A stretch of 64,000 bases of DNA from Iphione sp. A-MEVVRFRX5 (Eukaryota), in the NCBI GenBank assembly GCA_976226885.1, contig OZ320317.1, positions 77,810,001 to 77,874,000 of the forward strand, read 5' to 3'. The notes beneath the pieces were generated by a model. It was not told the DNA's origin. It was given only the letters and a program-made list of their open reading frames with translations, and did no database searches. Numbering within the stretch: the stretch's first letter is position 1; each line of letters begins with the position of its first letter. A program made the position numbers and the translations under genes. This document shows positions 1 to 12,345 of this stretch, piece after piece.

Positions 1-170
1 ATGAACATGGCGATATGAAAAGTTAAAAAGGCCGCATTGGAATCAAACGGAATGCCTGCCCTACCGTTAAATACATGGCCGGCGCGTCCCCCGCCATTGG
101 ACGTCCTTATTTAGCACGCAGTATCGCGTGCGGCCATTGTTCCAGTGGGAACCGCTATCGTTCATAGACT

Positions 171-205
171 GCCGCCGCCGCCGCCGCTGCTGCTACTGCT
201 ACTGC
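171..205 (+). repeat. Compound trinucleotide tract (GCC)n-(GCT)n-(ACTGCT)n
   Basis: Read directly: gccgccgccgccgccgctgctgctactgctactgc. Confidence 0.9.
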
Positions 206-2727
206 TTATGTAGTCCGTAGCCTGCATTAACTTAATGCCTACCAGCCTGAGGAATAAGCCGCTGTAACAGCTCTGTGGGACACCTAGAGGCACATTATAT
301 AGTTTCCATAGAAAATGGTCGAGGCAATGTGTTGGAACCGACGAACGTGATGCTCCAGGTTCGCTTTACGGAGTGCTAAAGGTTGTTCTCAATAATATAA
401 ATATTTCTTTTTTTTTCAAAATCACAGGCGGTTTTTTTGTCAATCTGAGTGTATACTGACTAAGTGTTTGTTCACTGGTTGTCTTTAATTATGTATATGG
501 ATCCGCGTTATCAATAATGTTAGAAATAATGTCACTTTCACACGGGATGTGTGTGGCGGTGGCCTCGCATCCCCCCACCCGTCACCGCAGCCGGCGTTTT
601 GGCAGTTGTTGTCGGAGATACTTCCCTTTCGGGATGTCATCTGTCTGTGAGAATCGGAAATTGAGGCGGCGCTTGACTGTCGTCGGCAGTGGTGGGCGCC
701 TCACTTTCCCGCTTGGACGCTCGGCCTGCCGACCATGTCCATCCATCACCCTCGTCGACGGTCGCTATAGCCGCCTCTTCAAGTCGTCGGCCCCCGCACC
801 CGCCTGTGCCCGCCGACCCGCTTCCGGTACTTTGCAGCGCATGAGCGCGGGCTCAGCGCCGCCTTACGGTTTTCACTCAAACTAAAAGCCTCTCTTGTGA
901 GCGGGCGCTGCGGATATCTTCCAGCGTTTAACCTTTCTATAGGGCCGCCCTGTGCCGAGGAGGTGTTTCCATTACACTTTCTAACCCGAGGAGAAAGCCG
1001 GGTCCAGAATGGTCTCTCCCTCCTTTCCCCCCTCCTTCTTTTAGCCCTTTCCCGCCCCCCCTCTCGCCCCCGACGTCCCGCTTAGAGCCAGACTTGCCGG
1101 CCATATTGGGCCTTTGTCAGCTGCAGTCGGTCGTGAAGGCGAATAAAGGGTGAAAAATGGAGTTGTCTGGGAGTTCAGATGAGGCGTTTATGTTTTAGTA
1201 AGTTCGCTCCGCCTCTTGACTGAGCCACTTTCGCTTGTTGATTAGACCCTCTACCCAGCTGGAAGTGACAGACGAGAAGCCTTTGTAGTCCGTGTGAGCT
1301 GCTCTTCTAGTCCGAAGAGTCAATGTAGTACAGCGTGGGCTGCTGGTTTCTTGTCGGGCATGGGTGTGCCTAACCTAGACACCAGGACAGCTTCATTACA
1401 GCTTACAGCCCACCCTTCTAAACGTGGTTTACACCACCGGTTAATTGAACAACAGATGTGATTTTTTTACGGCCCTTACATGAAAAAAAATGTTAGCTAT
1501 AGGAATAGCCTCATAAAGTAGGGCTTATGTCAATCAACACATCTTCATTAGATGTTCAATAAATCTGCGCATTCCTGATCTACAGTTCCCGTATACCAGC
1601 TAATAAGGTTATCTTATCACATGCGTATCCTTGTTTCTTCGACTCTGAAACATCCACGCGTATAAAAGCAAATACTTCCTGATTCTAATTCTTCATTTCC
1701 TGACATTTCTGACATGCTGTGGGAGAGAATTCTTTGTTGACTCAACAGCAATTAAAATGCAAATTTTAAGTCTCGGCCATCCTGCGAGGGGCCATCGACA
1801 CTGCCAAGCATCGGTGCCAAAAATAAACACCTTAGTTTGGCCAATTTGCCACAGGAGACATAGCAAGACGAGCTCGAGTTACAGTGCTCAGATAGGAACA
1901 GCTCCAGTTTCTTTCAATTAGTGACAAGAGTCAGACTTTTAGTTCGACATAACCTCTTTAATTGGAATTTTCGTCTGACCCGTCGAATAAGTATGCCAAG
2001 GTTCCATAAAAGGCGTCTTGAATCTGTCTGAAAGCTGATCTGACCTGCACCTGTCCGCCTCCTCGCACCTGTACTGTGCCTTTTTCGGTAGAATGGAGCC
2101 ATATATAATATTTCATTTCGATGACTTCTGAAACACTGTATATAACAATAAAATTACTCTATGACATGTACAAAATATAAGTACCTCTCTAGCGACTATA
2201 AACTACATCAAAGTACCCCAATAAGACGTCATTAATCAGATGAATCAGCGATTCACGGATCTAATTCTGTTCTCTGGTTCATTTTGTAAGGCCCCTATTT
2301 CACACTCCCTTACAATGGTGCCCTCCCCGCACGAGTCGAGATCTTCTCTTGGGAGGAATGAGGAAAAACCATAGCCATATTTAGAAAGTATCCGCAGCAC
2401 TGCACTCTTGTATGTACAATATTATAAACGTACTTATTCGGCATAAGCGCATGCTTTGAAGTCGAACAATCAATGGGGAAGATGTTACCATAATCGGTGG
2501 CTTTGATCCCTCGAACAGACTGATCATAAAATTCGGCAGAGCAGTATGGAGAACGTATACATGTAGTTAAGATATAGGAGCTCTTTTGAGAATAAGGATA
2601 CCAAACTTACCTGGCCAAAACGCACTTTTATTGAAAGGTACCTGCGTGTCATCTGTGCATACATGTACATTTTATTTCCATGCTGGTTTTTGAAGTACAT
2701 ATATACATACACGTATATATATATTCA

Positions 2728-3998
2728 TTCGTATGTATGTATGTATGTATGTTTATTCATAGTGAAAGATGGATATACATCAGTATTCTTCTAACACTAG
2801 TATAATACTAGACTTAGTTGTTTGTACATGTATGTTCCAGTTTTTTGTGTGATATGTACAGTTCTTTTTAGGGTATTCAATTAGTTATATAGTCTAATCA
2901 TTTTCTAGGAACCACTTTTTATAATATTGTTTGAAATCATCAATCAACCATCCAGCATCAGGGTTACATTTGTGATTATTCCATTCTCTTTGTACCATAT
3001 TTTTGGTACTCTTGATTAGGATTTCTTTCTTTAGTGTTTGCAATTCGAATTTATCCATTTCTCCTTGTCTTGTATCAATTGTCACTTCTCTTTTAATATA
3101 ATATTCTTGTTCAAATGTAGGTAGATAACCTCTAATACCAAGGTATCCTCGTATGAGCTTGTGTAATATGATTTTCTCATATACTAGTAGCATATTATTA
3201 TTTCTATGAAGTACCTTTGTTGGAGTAAGTGGATCCAGATTTAATAATCTCTTCAAGTTTTTGTTTTGTATTACCTGTATTTTTTGTATATTCCTTTTTC
3301 TTGAACCTCCCCATAATATGTCACCATATTCATATATTGGCATTACTATACTTGTATACATTTTAATCAGCATGGGTGAATCTAGTACTTTTTTCAGTCT
3401 CAGTATTGTTTGTACAGCTCCATTCATTTTCCTCATAACTTCATTCACATGTTTATCATATGTAAAATGCTGATCTATCCATATGCCCAAGTATTTGTAT
3501 ATTTTTACTTCCTCTATTCTTGTTTGTCTTAACATGACATTACTATTCACTGGTTTCTTTTTGTTAGCCACATTGTTTGCAAAAAACATTGTTTTCGTTT
3601 TTCTTACATTAAGGCTCATCCTGTTCAACTCCAACCATTTCTTTACTGATTCTAGTGTTCTATTAGTGATATCTATTACTTCTTGATATGTTTTTCCTTT
3701 TGTGAGTATAGCAGTATCATCGGCATACATATAGATATCTGATTCTTTAGTATTTATTGGCATGTCATTTATGTATAACTGTAACAGTATCGGACCCAAA
3801 ACTGATCCTTGTGGGACTCCAAAATTATTTGTGACCTTTTTAGATACATATCCTCCAATACGTGTTTGATGTTTACTATTTTCTAAATAACTTGTAAGTA
3901 GTTTAACAGATTCTAATGAGAAACCATATGCTTCTAACTTTCGTACTAAATATGTATGTGATACAGTATCAAAAGCCTTCTGCAAATCCGGATATGTG
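2728..3998 (-). mobile_element. 5'-truncated non-LTR retrotransposon (L2/CR1/Crack group), recent insertion
   Basis: On the - strand: RT ORF, then a short 3' UTR, then AATAAA and an (ACAT)n tail (+ strand tatgtatgtatgtatgtttattcat, ~2732-2760). RT similarity starts abruptly at DLQKAFD. ATATTCA at 2721-2727 and 3999-4005 is a possible 7-bp target-site duplication but could be chance. Confidence 0.85.
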
Positions 3999-4051
3999 AT
4001 ATTCACTATTTCTTTGTTAGAAGTTTCCTTATATTGTCTGTTAGGTTGCAT
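2894..4051 (-). CDS. Reverse transcriptase C-terminal half of a LINE ORF2; the first ~20 aa of the called ORF are probably flanking sequence
   Basis: Non-LTR RT motifs in order: DLQKAFDTVSH, GVPQGSVLGP, catalytic YADD, LNVRKTK, YKYLGIWID, YEYGDILWG. No stops or frameshifts over ~365 codons. Confidence 0.92.
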   Translation of the reverse strand: MQPNRQYKETSNKEIVNITYPDLQKAFDTVSHTYLVRKLEAYGFSLESVKLLTSYLENSKHQTRIGGYVSKKVTNNFGVPQGSVLGPILLQLYINDMPINTKESDIYMYADDTAILTKGKTYQEVIDITNRTLESVKKWLELNRMSLNVRKTKTMFFANNVANKKKPVNSNVMLRQTRIEEVKIYKYLGIWIDQHFTYDKHVNEVMRKMNGAVQTILRLKKVLDSPMLIKMYTSIVMPIYEYGDILWGGSRKRNIQKIQVIQNKNLKRLLNLDPLTPTKVLHRNNNMLLVYEKIILHKLIRGYLGIRGYLPTFEQEYYIKREVTIDTRQGEMDKFELQTLKKEILIKSTKNMVQREWNNHKCNPDAGWLIDDFKQYYKKWFLEND

Positions 4052-7000
4052 ACTATGTCAATTGTTGAATGTCCTGCGTCACTTCATCTTGAATTGCAAA
4101 TGCAAGTTTTTGACATCTTCAGTATTAAAACCTCTCCTTAACAATACAGGGGATTCAGGTCGTAGAAACAATCCGACCCTTTTGCCAATGCTGTCACCAG
4201 TGGTTGTTCAAAGGCGACTATATATCTCTGCCTTTTGTTATTTTCTTTCTTACGTCGCTCCAATCTGTACCCCGCTGGTGGGTGGGGACATACCAGCATG
4301 TGAACTTTAACAAAATTCTGTGTTTTCAGAGGACGTATTTCTAGATTATGTGGATTTTTTTTATCGAATAGAGGTAATGGCCGCTCTTGTAGGCATCCCA
4401 GCTAACCTGCAGCGTTACCGAATTCCCCTGTTCTCACTAAAATGGCCACCCAAGGGACATCAGTTCGTACACAGCTGACGGCCGACTGACACTTTCAGCA
4501 GTCGGAGACATATACCTCTCCGTGACGTCTATTTAAGCCCACCAAACATGTCACTCCAATAGGTGACAGGTAAATTAACAACTGAGCTGTTTGATTCCAG
4601 GCAAGTTCAAACGCACGGGTGTTCGGCGAGTCTTTCATCTCCTACCCTGTATCCGCAGACGTCGACCCAGAAAGGGACCCTAGAAATCAACAGTCGAGAC
4701 ATCAAGCCACGATCTGCTCCTTAGAAGAGGCGCGCTGAGATATTGCCAGGGGTTTGATCAATGAAGTTTATGACGCCTCTACGCGGCCCGACGGTCGCAC
4801 TCGCTGCCGACTCGACGACGGTGCGGAAGCCTGTTTCGTCTCCCCTTTTTCTTGTGACCTCTCCCATCACCTTCTGGCGCGGCTACGATGGCAATTACGT
4901 TCGCGGCCCATTAAAAAAAGGAGGGAGGTGAAACAGGGTGGAGAAATGGAGGGTAGGGCTGGAAATAAAGGCTGTTAAAAGGGGAGGGGGGGACCATTTC
5001 GACGGGTCTGGGCCTTCGATAAGGACGTTACTTTGTACTAAATCCTCAAGATTCAGTCGCTACTGCCTGCTTTGTCCAGTACTACTACATCCACCATTAG
5101 CGCTCCTTTTGAAGGACACCTGTCTGTGTTGCATGCGGATATTTAATTTTTCTTCTTTTCTCGCCAATGAATCTATAGCCTCTGTCACCAGACATAAATC
5201 ATGGCATTTTGGAAACTCCCTTTAAATACAGTAGATCGAATGTTGGGATAAAATAGCACTGAAAATGCGATAAATGCAAAACTCTAAACAATAAACTATT
5301 TCCAATTGAATGTAGCAACATTAGTTGACAATGTTATTTAGAGGCAATGTTTGAATTACTTTAGTACAAGCACAAATCTAACAAAGAGAAGAATGTATTG
5401 CTTTCATGGATGTAAATGTTCATATATACATGTATGCATGAGATATGAACTCTTAGAGTTCAGCACAATCCGTTGATGTTACCCACACAAAGCTCTGCTT
5501 TGCATTTAACTACACCGGCATGTCTTTGCTTACTATGATTATTATTCTACGAGCTCTCACCTCCATATATTGACGCATTCGCTTCTGGAGAGAATCAACT
5601 CGATGGAATTACTCAGTCTTGCCCGCCCAGAGAGGCACTCACTCATAAAATTAGGTTTCCATATTCAGACTCCCTTCCTCATACACATGCAATACGCTGC
5701 ACACGTCTTCACAAGTTTAACCCGTCCCGAGCGTTTATTCATTTCTACAGTTTTCTCCTTTCTTCTCTGTAATGGGCGCGGGTGGCGTCGGCATCCTTGT
5801 TGGGGCCATTGCCCTCGTCTTGCCGACCACCGCGGCCCGCCTGTCAGCCCTAGCGGGGATTGGGAGGGTGTCTATGATCTGTCAAAAGGCACGGCGTTGA
5901 TCAAAAAGGGGATCGTTTTGTCGACGTGGCTCAGTCGGTGCCGAATGCTGACAGGAAAAAAAATGACGCCTTTATTGATGAAACTGTAGAAAGGGGAGGC
6001 AAGGGGGAGTACGCAGGGAGAGGTTGGCGGGGGGGGGGATCTGGCGGTTTCGGCGGTAAGTTTTGTCATGGAGATTGAGGGAGGGGGGGATAGGTGTGTT
6101 TTAAAGAGAATGTGAGATGGAGAGACGATTCGTTGTGGATAAAGCGCAAGTGCATTTGCCTCCGTCTCTTTCGTCATGCAGCCAGCTCCACCGACTACTG
6201 GGCCCAGTGCTAAGTGCACGCACTTTGAAGCCAGTACATCAGTAGTGTCCTGATTATCTCCAAGCCGTACTAACCTTCCAGGCCAGCCTCCAAACCTGCC
6301 ACCTCCCTCCTCGAATCGACTCACCGGGCGAAAAGGGGGGCGGGGAGTGAGGCAGTCGTAAAATGTGTACAAAACACAGGACAGGATATTCACTTCACTT
6401 CAAATGCACCCAAAATAGGGGACTCCAAAATAAATTCGAGCGGCTGCTCGGGGAGCCTTCTCCGGCAGCCTGGGCAATGTATGATGAAATTGTCGGGTTA
6501 TATCCCTGAATGGAGTTGAACATATTACATGACACAATGTTTTTTTTTTCATTGTAAATTCCCATTGATTGCCGCTGATGGGGCATTATCCCTACGTGAA
6601 CCCTCTTGTCTACGAAGTATTACAGTGCAGAAGGCTTCGATTTGCTGTCAGCTGATTTATTTCAATCCAACTGCTGCTTTCCAAAGAAAAAAGTCAGATC
6701 GCCGGGTCAATAACAGACCAATCACTACCTTTCCGATCCAAACTGTATGATAAATGTAAAGACATAATTTAGTCTGACCGTAATCATACCAAAATTAGTG
6801 CATGGATATATTATAAATTTAAGAAACGTGTGTAAGCATCTTGTCGGTGAATGTAGGAACGTCGTTTTTCAATGTCGGTATATTTGAAGGTATGCATATC
6901 TATACACCGGTACACATTTTATGTTGAAGTCTTGGGGGTTTTATTCGTATCTTGCTGATCCAAGACGTAAAGAAAGTCAACGGTGTATTCCTCTCAGAGT

Positions 7001-7668
7001 CCGTGTTCATTCGGACATTGGCCCGTCTGTCTGAGAGTTTAATCAAGTGTCCCATTGACAAATAATACTGTCGTCAACAACCGCTCAGCGTGACTAATGA
7101 AAATGTTCATTCTTATAGGTACACCTTATTAAAATTGATGGTGTAACTGATATCCTTTTCAAACTGAAACCAGTAGCCTGTGGCTTTGTCCTAGGATTAG
7201 AAGCAATTCTATTGAAATATGCTCGTACACCTTAGGTAGAATAACAAGAGCAAGGGAGGTTGATTAGCCCCATATCTATGAAAAGATGTGATAATAGAGT
7301 AATTAGATATTAGCCTGGTCCAATATGATCTCTCTTCAGGTTTTAAACGTTACATCACTCATACACAGAGCTAGTAAATTCTGCCTGTATCAAATTGCTA
7401 ATAACATGGTGTGCATTACTAAACAGTAATTATGCAGAACTCATGTAGTGAACTTTGTCAAGCTTTTATCCATAACACAAAAATTAGAGGGTCAAAATTG
7501 AGAGTGACATTCACTGGTAGACCATGGAGAACATATAGTCATATGCTACACCTGATCCTTCAGTAGATCACAAAGCTGATGATATAAACAGACGATGCAC
7601 TCAACCAAGGCTTTTGAAAGGATTTGTCCATTAGTAGTCAAGGGAAGACATAGGAATGGACACTGGGT

Positions 7669-7936
7669 TGCAGGGGGTGCCAGTCAGAATGGCCGGTGTA
7701 ACTTATGGCCGGCTTTATATGGCCGGGGTGGTCAGTCAATATGCCCTGTAGTGGTTAAGGTTAGGGTTAGGTTTAGGGTTAGGGCTAGGGCTAGGGTTAG
7801 GGTTAGGGCTAGGGCTAGGGTTAGGGTTAGGGTTAGCCATAATTACAGAAAAATTACAGAAAAATACCAGCCATAAATGACCATGGATGGCCATAAGTTA
7901 CACCGGCCATTCCGACTGGCAGCCATTCTGACTGCA
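7669..7936. mobile_element. MITE / non-autonomous TIR element with an internal telomere-like array
   Basis: 7675-7710 (gggtgccagtcagaatggccggtgtaacttatggcc) is the reverse complement of 7889-7924 at 34/36 positions. Outer TGCAG...CTGCA ends are flanked by GGT on both sides (7666-7668, 7937-7939; possible 3-bp TSD). No coding capacity. Confidence 0.8.
7755..7836 (+). repeat. Interstitial telomere-like repeat, ~13.7 hexamers of TTAGGG/CTAGGG
   Basis: Parsed directly: TTAAGG TTAGGG TTAGGT (TTAGGG)2 (CTAGGG)2 (TTAGGG)2 (CTAGGG)2 (TTAGGG)2 TTAG. Confidence 0.95.
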
Positions 7937-8198
7937 GGTGAGATGAGGGAACTAATTAGGAATCAAAACTATTTCATGTCCATGTTAGATGATCATGGAA
8001 TATTGATGATTTCACAATTGGTAGGTACGGTAGACAGTCAGCAAGAAAACAGGTTAACAAATTAAAGCAAAATATTTTGCCTTGATATTTCTACAACTAT
8101 TATGCAGCTCAGGAATGCTGGAAGATCATAAACACCTCTGTCAGTTGAACGCCCAGTCGTGGCCACGTATCTTATGTGGTCACTTCTGAAATATGAAC

Positions 8199-8586
8199 AA
8201 TTGACCGATCGCCATTTTACGTCATTTTGCAGAAAATGACATTGTTTACACTTGCGGTTAAATTTATGTCATTTACATAGCGAGATCATGGGAAGACTTT
8301 ACAGGGCTGTTACTTCTCCATAAATTAAGACATGCTATGAGAGACATGCTATAGCTTATTGTCTTCCTTAGATCTTCCGCTTTCATCTGATATAAATTTT
8401 GTTAAGATCTGACAAGTAGAATGGGTGATTTTCACCTGTGAAGACACCCTCTGTCTGCCTCTTTTACAAGCAGCATGTGAAAGCTGTTGAAGTCTTCTCT
8501 GAGACTGTTGTAGTCTCTCTACCAGTTGCATTGATTGTTTTAGTTCATTTTGCGTTGTGATTATGTAAAACGGCGATCATTCAATT
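8199..8586. mobile_element. Possible degenerate non-autonomous DNA transposon (22-bp imperfect inverted repeat)
   Basis: 8199-8220 aattgaccgatcgccattttac versus the reverse complement of 8565-8586, aattgaatgatcgccgttttac (19/22). True ends and TSD are not identifiable. Confidence 0.3.
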
Positions 8587-8885
8587 TAGCCAAGAATGGA
8601 TTACTTTCCATTAGCTAGCCTATATAGCAAGACGCCTATAACCAGGACACTAATCTTCTTATCACATTCTCCTGTGGACAAGGTGATGATGTGCTAGAGG
8701 ACTTAAAATGTTGAATTCAAAGGCTCTTCAGGCTGTTTGATGGCTGAAGGAGATATTTGACAGGTATACGCCATTGTCATACCTATCCTTGGTCTATCCC
8801 AACCCCTCCCGATCCTCTCTGATATCCCGACACCTATCCTACCTATCGGGCTAAGCATAGGTGTGGTATTCGAGGTGAGATTTCT

Positions 8886-9588
8886 GCAGGGGGATGTCAT
8901 GTGAAAGTTGCATGTCCAAGCAGTCTATTCCGCCTTCAATACCTTGAATATCAAACCAGATTCACATTGACTATACTCTATCAGGCTAAGCAAAGGTGTG
9001 ATATCCAGTTAGATATTCTGGTATCTGATGGTGGCAGTTCACTTCCTTTGATTTAGTTAATCCCTACATCCCTGAGGGTGTATACCCTACTTGCTAGAAA
9101 ACAGCTTGGGTTGCCCCGGTTCTGAAGAAAGGAAATATATATTGTAGCGTGTGCATAAATTTGCATGGTAGCATTCCGTTTGGTAGTGTTCCATTCGGGG
9201 CAATCTGCCTCAAATGATCCATTTCAGATCTGAGATGGAATGTATTGCACATACGGTATTAGTTAGTTAAGTATCTGTGACATATATGTCTATGGTACCT
9301 TACGAGTCTGTAGCTAAATTTGGTGCCTGTTATGTATTGATTACACAATGTCCTCCAGTCCAGACATATGTCTAGACAGTTTGTCTATTTTTAGAAACTA
9401 TTATGTAACCATGCAGTATATGTGTAAGTGTGTTTTTCTGAATAAACAGATCCTTTCTCTTTGCACTTTTGAGAGAGATCATCGATGAATAACTATTTTT
9501 GTGTATTTGGGGTGAACCAGACTCTGTATTTTGTCATTTGTTCAAATCGACTAACTACCAGTTCTCCACTAGACTAAGACACTTAACA
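8886..9588 (+). mobile_element. Probable 3' LTR with polypurine tract from a decayed LTR retrotransposon (Ty3/gypsy-like junction)
   Basis: ttcgaggtgagatttctgcaggggga|TGTCATGTG resembles a PPT-LTR junction. TATA-like tract ~9136, AATAAA 9441-9446, end CACTTAACA at 9588 (7/9 inverted match to the start). An alternative end is ATATGACA at 9750. No second LTR or pol ORF seen. Confidence 0.45.
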
Positions 9589-9883
9589 ATATACGTATAG
9601 AAAAGCAAACCTTCAGCTAGTAACAATCTCAGTAGTAAAGGGAAATCAGAAAAACAGAAAAAGAGATCACACCTTATTTCAGGACAGCAAATTCTTTCCC
9701 TTGAACGGTAGAGGCATGCCTACAACAGTGGTAGTACTTTCTATATGACATGTACATGTGTGTAAAATTTATGAAACGGGCCTTTTACATGTGATCGATC
9801 ACTATACATTCCATTTCATGAACACTCTATGAATGAAAAAGGAATGTGATTCTGCTTTTCCATAAGTTATATTCATTGAGCAA

Positions 9884-10576
9884 TTAACCCTTCGCCTAGA
9901 GGCCACAAATATCTGCTATCACGTACAGAACACCGATTTGTCCGGCGCCAGCAATGGTACGAACAAAGTCAGTAATCCAGAAGAATAGGGAATCGCAGAC
10001 ATGTAGACTTTATTATTATTATTAAGCTCTTTATTTATATTGGTAATTCATTTACATCAAATAGAGTAATTGCAACCAGTGTCATTTAACGAATCCATCT
10101 TGTATTTATAATAGCAATAGTCCATAAGTGTTAGTAATAATGAGTCCTGTGCATTTCTACCTCAACATGTCGACATTTGACTTCAACGTTACACGATTGC
10201 CTCATCACAATCTCGCGATTTTCTTCCCCAGGAAAGCTTCACCACATTACTTTAGATCAGCAAAGTTAGGATTTGAAGTTTTGCACTATTGGGAATAGAA
10301 TGTAACGATTTTGATATATATGTATACATGTACTTAGCTAAACAGTGAGTATTTGATCGAGGAGGATGTATGGTGACAGGTAGGCATTTGACATTTTCTT
10401 AGCAAAGCTTGTACCGTTTGTACTGATTTTATATATGCAGAGCAGACACAAATGGCGGATTTAACATTATTTTACTGCTTTTCTAGAACAGATTGACTCA
10501 CGAGACGTAATTATTTAAAGATATTATTTTGGATATGGGGAACTGATTTTGACTAGTAGACTTTTCATCTGAGGAG
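9884..10576 (+). mobile_element. Possible decayed piggyBac-like element (left end and transposase N-terminus)
   Basis: TTAACCCTT at 9884 matches the TTAA|CCC piggyBac terminus. 10487-10576 reads NRLTHET*LFKDIILDMGN*F*LVDFSSEE, resembling the RLT.EE..acidic SDSD/SSEE N-terminus of piggyBac transposases. No right end found. Confidence 0.3.
10010..10040 (-). repeat. AATAAA plus (TAA)n tract, possible 3' tail of a truncated retroposon
   Basis: + strand ttattattattattaagctctttattt reads on the - strand as AATAAA followed by (TAA)n. Confidence 0.3.
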
Positions 10577-12237
10577 CTGCATGCTGTGAATATTTCATAA
10601 TATTCATATTTTGGATAATACGTGATAAACTATAATTTGATCATTTCAGGATAGATTGTATTACAAGTAGATTGAGTGATTGTTACTCATGCCTTATTGT
10701 CTAGCCCATGTAGCATGAATATACTGGTTTTCTATTCGGCATCTCTCTCTCTTTTTCTCTGTCTCTCTGTACGTCTCTCTCTCCCTCCCTCCCTCCTTTT
10801 CTCTCTCATCCCTAGGAATCTGCTGACAGACTATGATGGAAATATGATGGAAATTCATGTACATGTATGAGCAGTGTAATTCAGGGTTTGTAAATGATAT
10901 GCTTTATACGTGTGGAGAGTAGTAGAATGTCCTTTTGATATATTCAGTGGTAAAATATTATGTATAGTGTAAGCTTCCGTTTTAGGTTACATGTTTCATT
11001 ATTGTTTTCTGCTAAAATTTACTTTGAATTCATTGATAAGCACGGACAGGGACAGCCAATTCATCCTCCAAATAAAACATAATGATATTCAGCACAAATA
11101 AATCAAACACCATAGGCGTTGAAATCCAATAAGACCGAGCGGAAATGTCGACAACATAGTCCATCCGAAGCCTTTGCATACCATGAATTTTGCATTTCGG
11201 TCATCTAACAATTACCCAGCTAGAGCATTCAGTCGCCAGTTTTTTTCATTTTGCTGGAAGACAAATATTTCGGATCATGAACAGGTTATATAGCGCGTGC
11301 TCCGCAAAGCGTTGCATAAATCCTACCCTTTCTGCGTAGAGCACATTTCATACGCTTAGGCAGACGACATTTATCAGAGTCGTGACTTACAAATCCATGA
11401 ATTGACAATCGGCCGCCACCCACTGCCGATAGATGGCGCTGGTCGGCTGGCCTGAGGTGACCATGGAAACGGCGGCGGGGATGATGGTCTGATCCGCGCT
11501 CATCAGTTTGAACTACCCTCACATTAGCCTGGTCAAGTGGTTTAGATCACCCCTTCGGCCCCTCCACCGAGGCCCTTCCAATGACAGCTCGAGCGGAAGT
11601 CCACCTACCGCTCTATCCCGCCCCCCCCCCCCGAGGCTCCGTCCGCATCAGATGTATTACCATGGTAATGGGCAAATAACCATGCCCCCTCCCACCCAGT
11701 TTGCAAACCCTCCCGCCTTCATGTGGACCTCTGACGATAGGAACGCTGCCAGAACAAACACAGTGAGGGAATATTTGGGCGGGACTCACTGAATTAGACG
11801 CTTATCCACGAGCCCGCTTTTCGCGCCTGTTGTCTGAATGTCGTCTGCATTGGTCGCGTGGCGGTCACGCGCCTGGATTAGGCGGCCGCTGGTTGGCCGA
11901 CAATCGGACACGCTTACTGTCCAATCACCCGTCCAAATTGATAGCATTACTGGGCCTAATACCATGTTTCCCTACCTCCCGCTCTGTCTCCTTCCTGTCA
12001 CCATGTCTCTCCTGGTTCCTCCGCACGTCAACCGCACAGCTGTCTTTTCCAACTCTATCGTTACTTTCTTCTTTATCTCTCTAATTCGCTCTGTGACAAG
12101 GCAATTTCAGCTCAAATATTATCATCCCAATTCTTCTTTTTCATTATCCTTTTTCTTTCTGTGCACGATGTTTTAATTCTATTTTTGACACTTAAAGTAT
12201 CTGGCTCATTTTCCTCCGATCGGTATTAGCTCCCTTC

Positions 12238-12345
12238 CTTCTCGTCTCCTCTCTGTCTCTGTCTGTGCCTCTGTCTCTGTCTCTGTCTCTCTGTCTCTCT
12301 CTCTCTCTCTCTCTTCCCCCTCTCTCTCTCACTCTCTCGCTGTCT
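12238..12345 (+). repeat. Polypyrimidine microsatellite (CTCTGT)n/(CT)n
   Basis: Read directly. Confidence 0.9.

Noticed and set aside
5771-5899. 42-aa hydrophobic ORF (MGAGGVGILVGAIALVL...) as an alternative signal-peptide exon
   Set aside because: No credible phase-1 donor; hydrophobic translations are common in GC-rich DNA.
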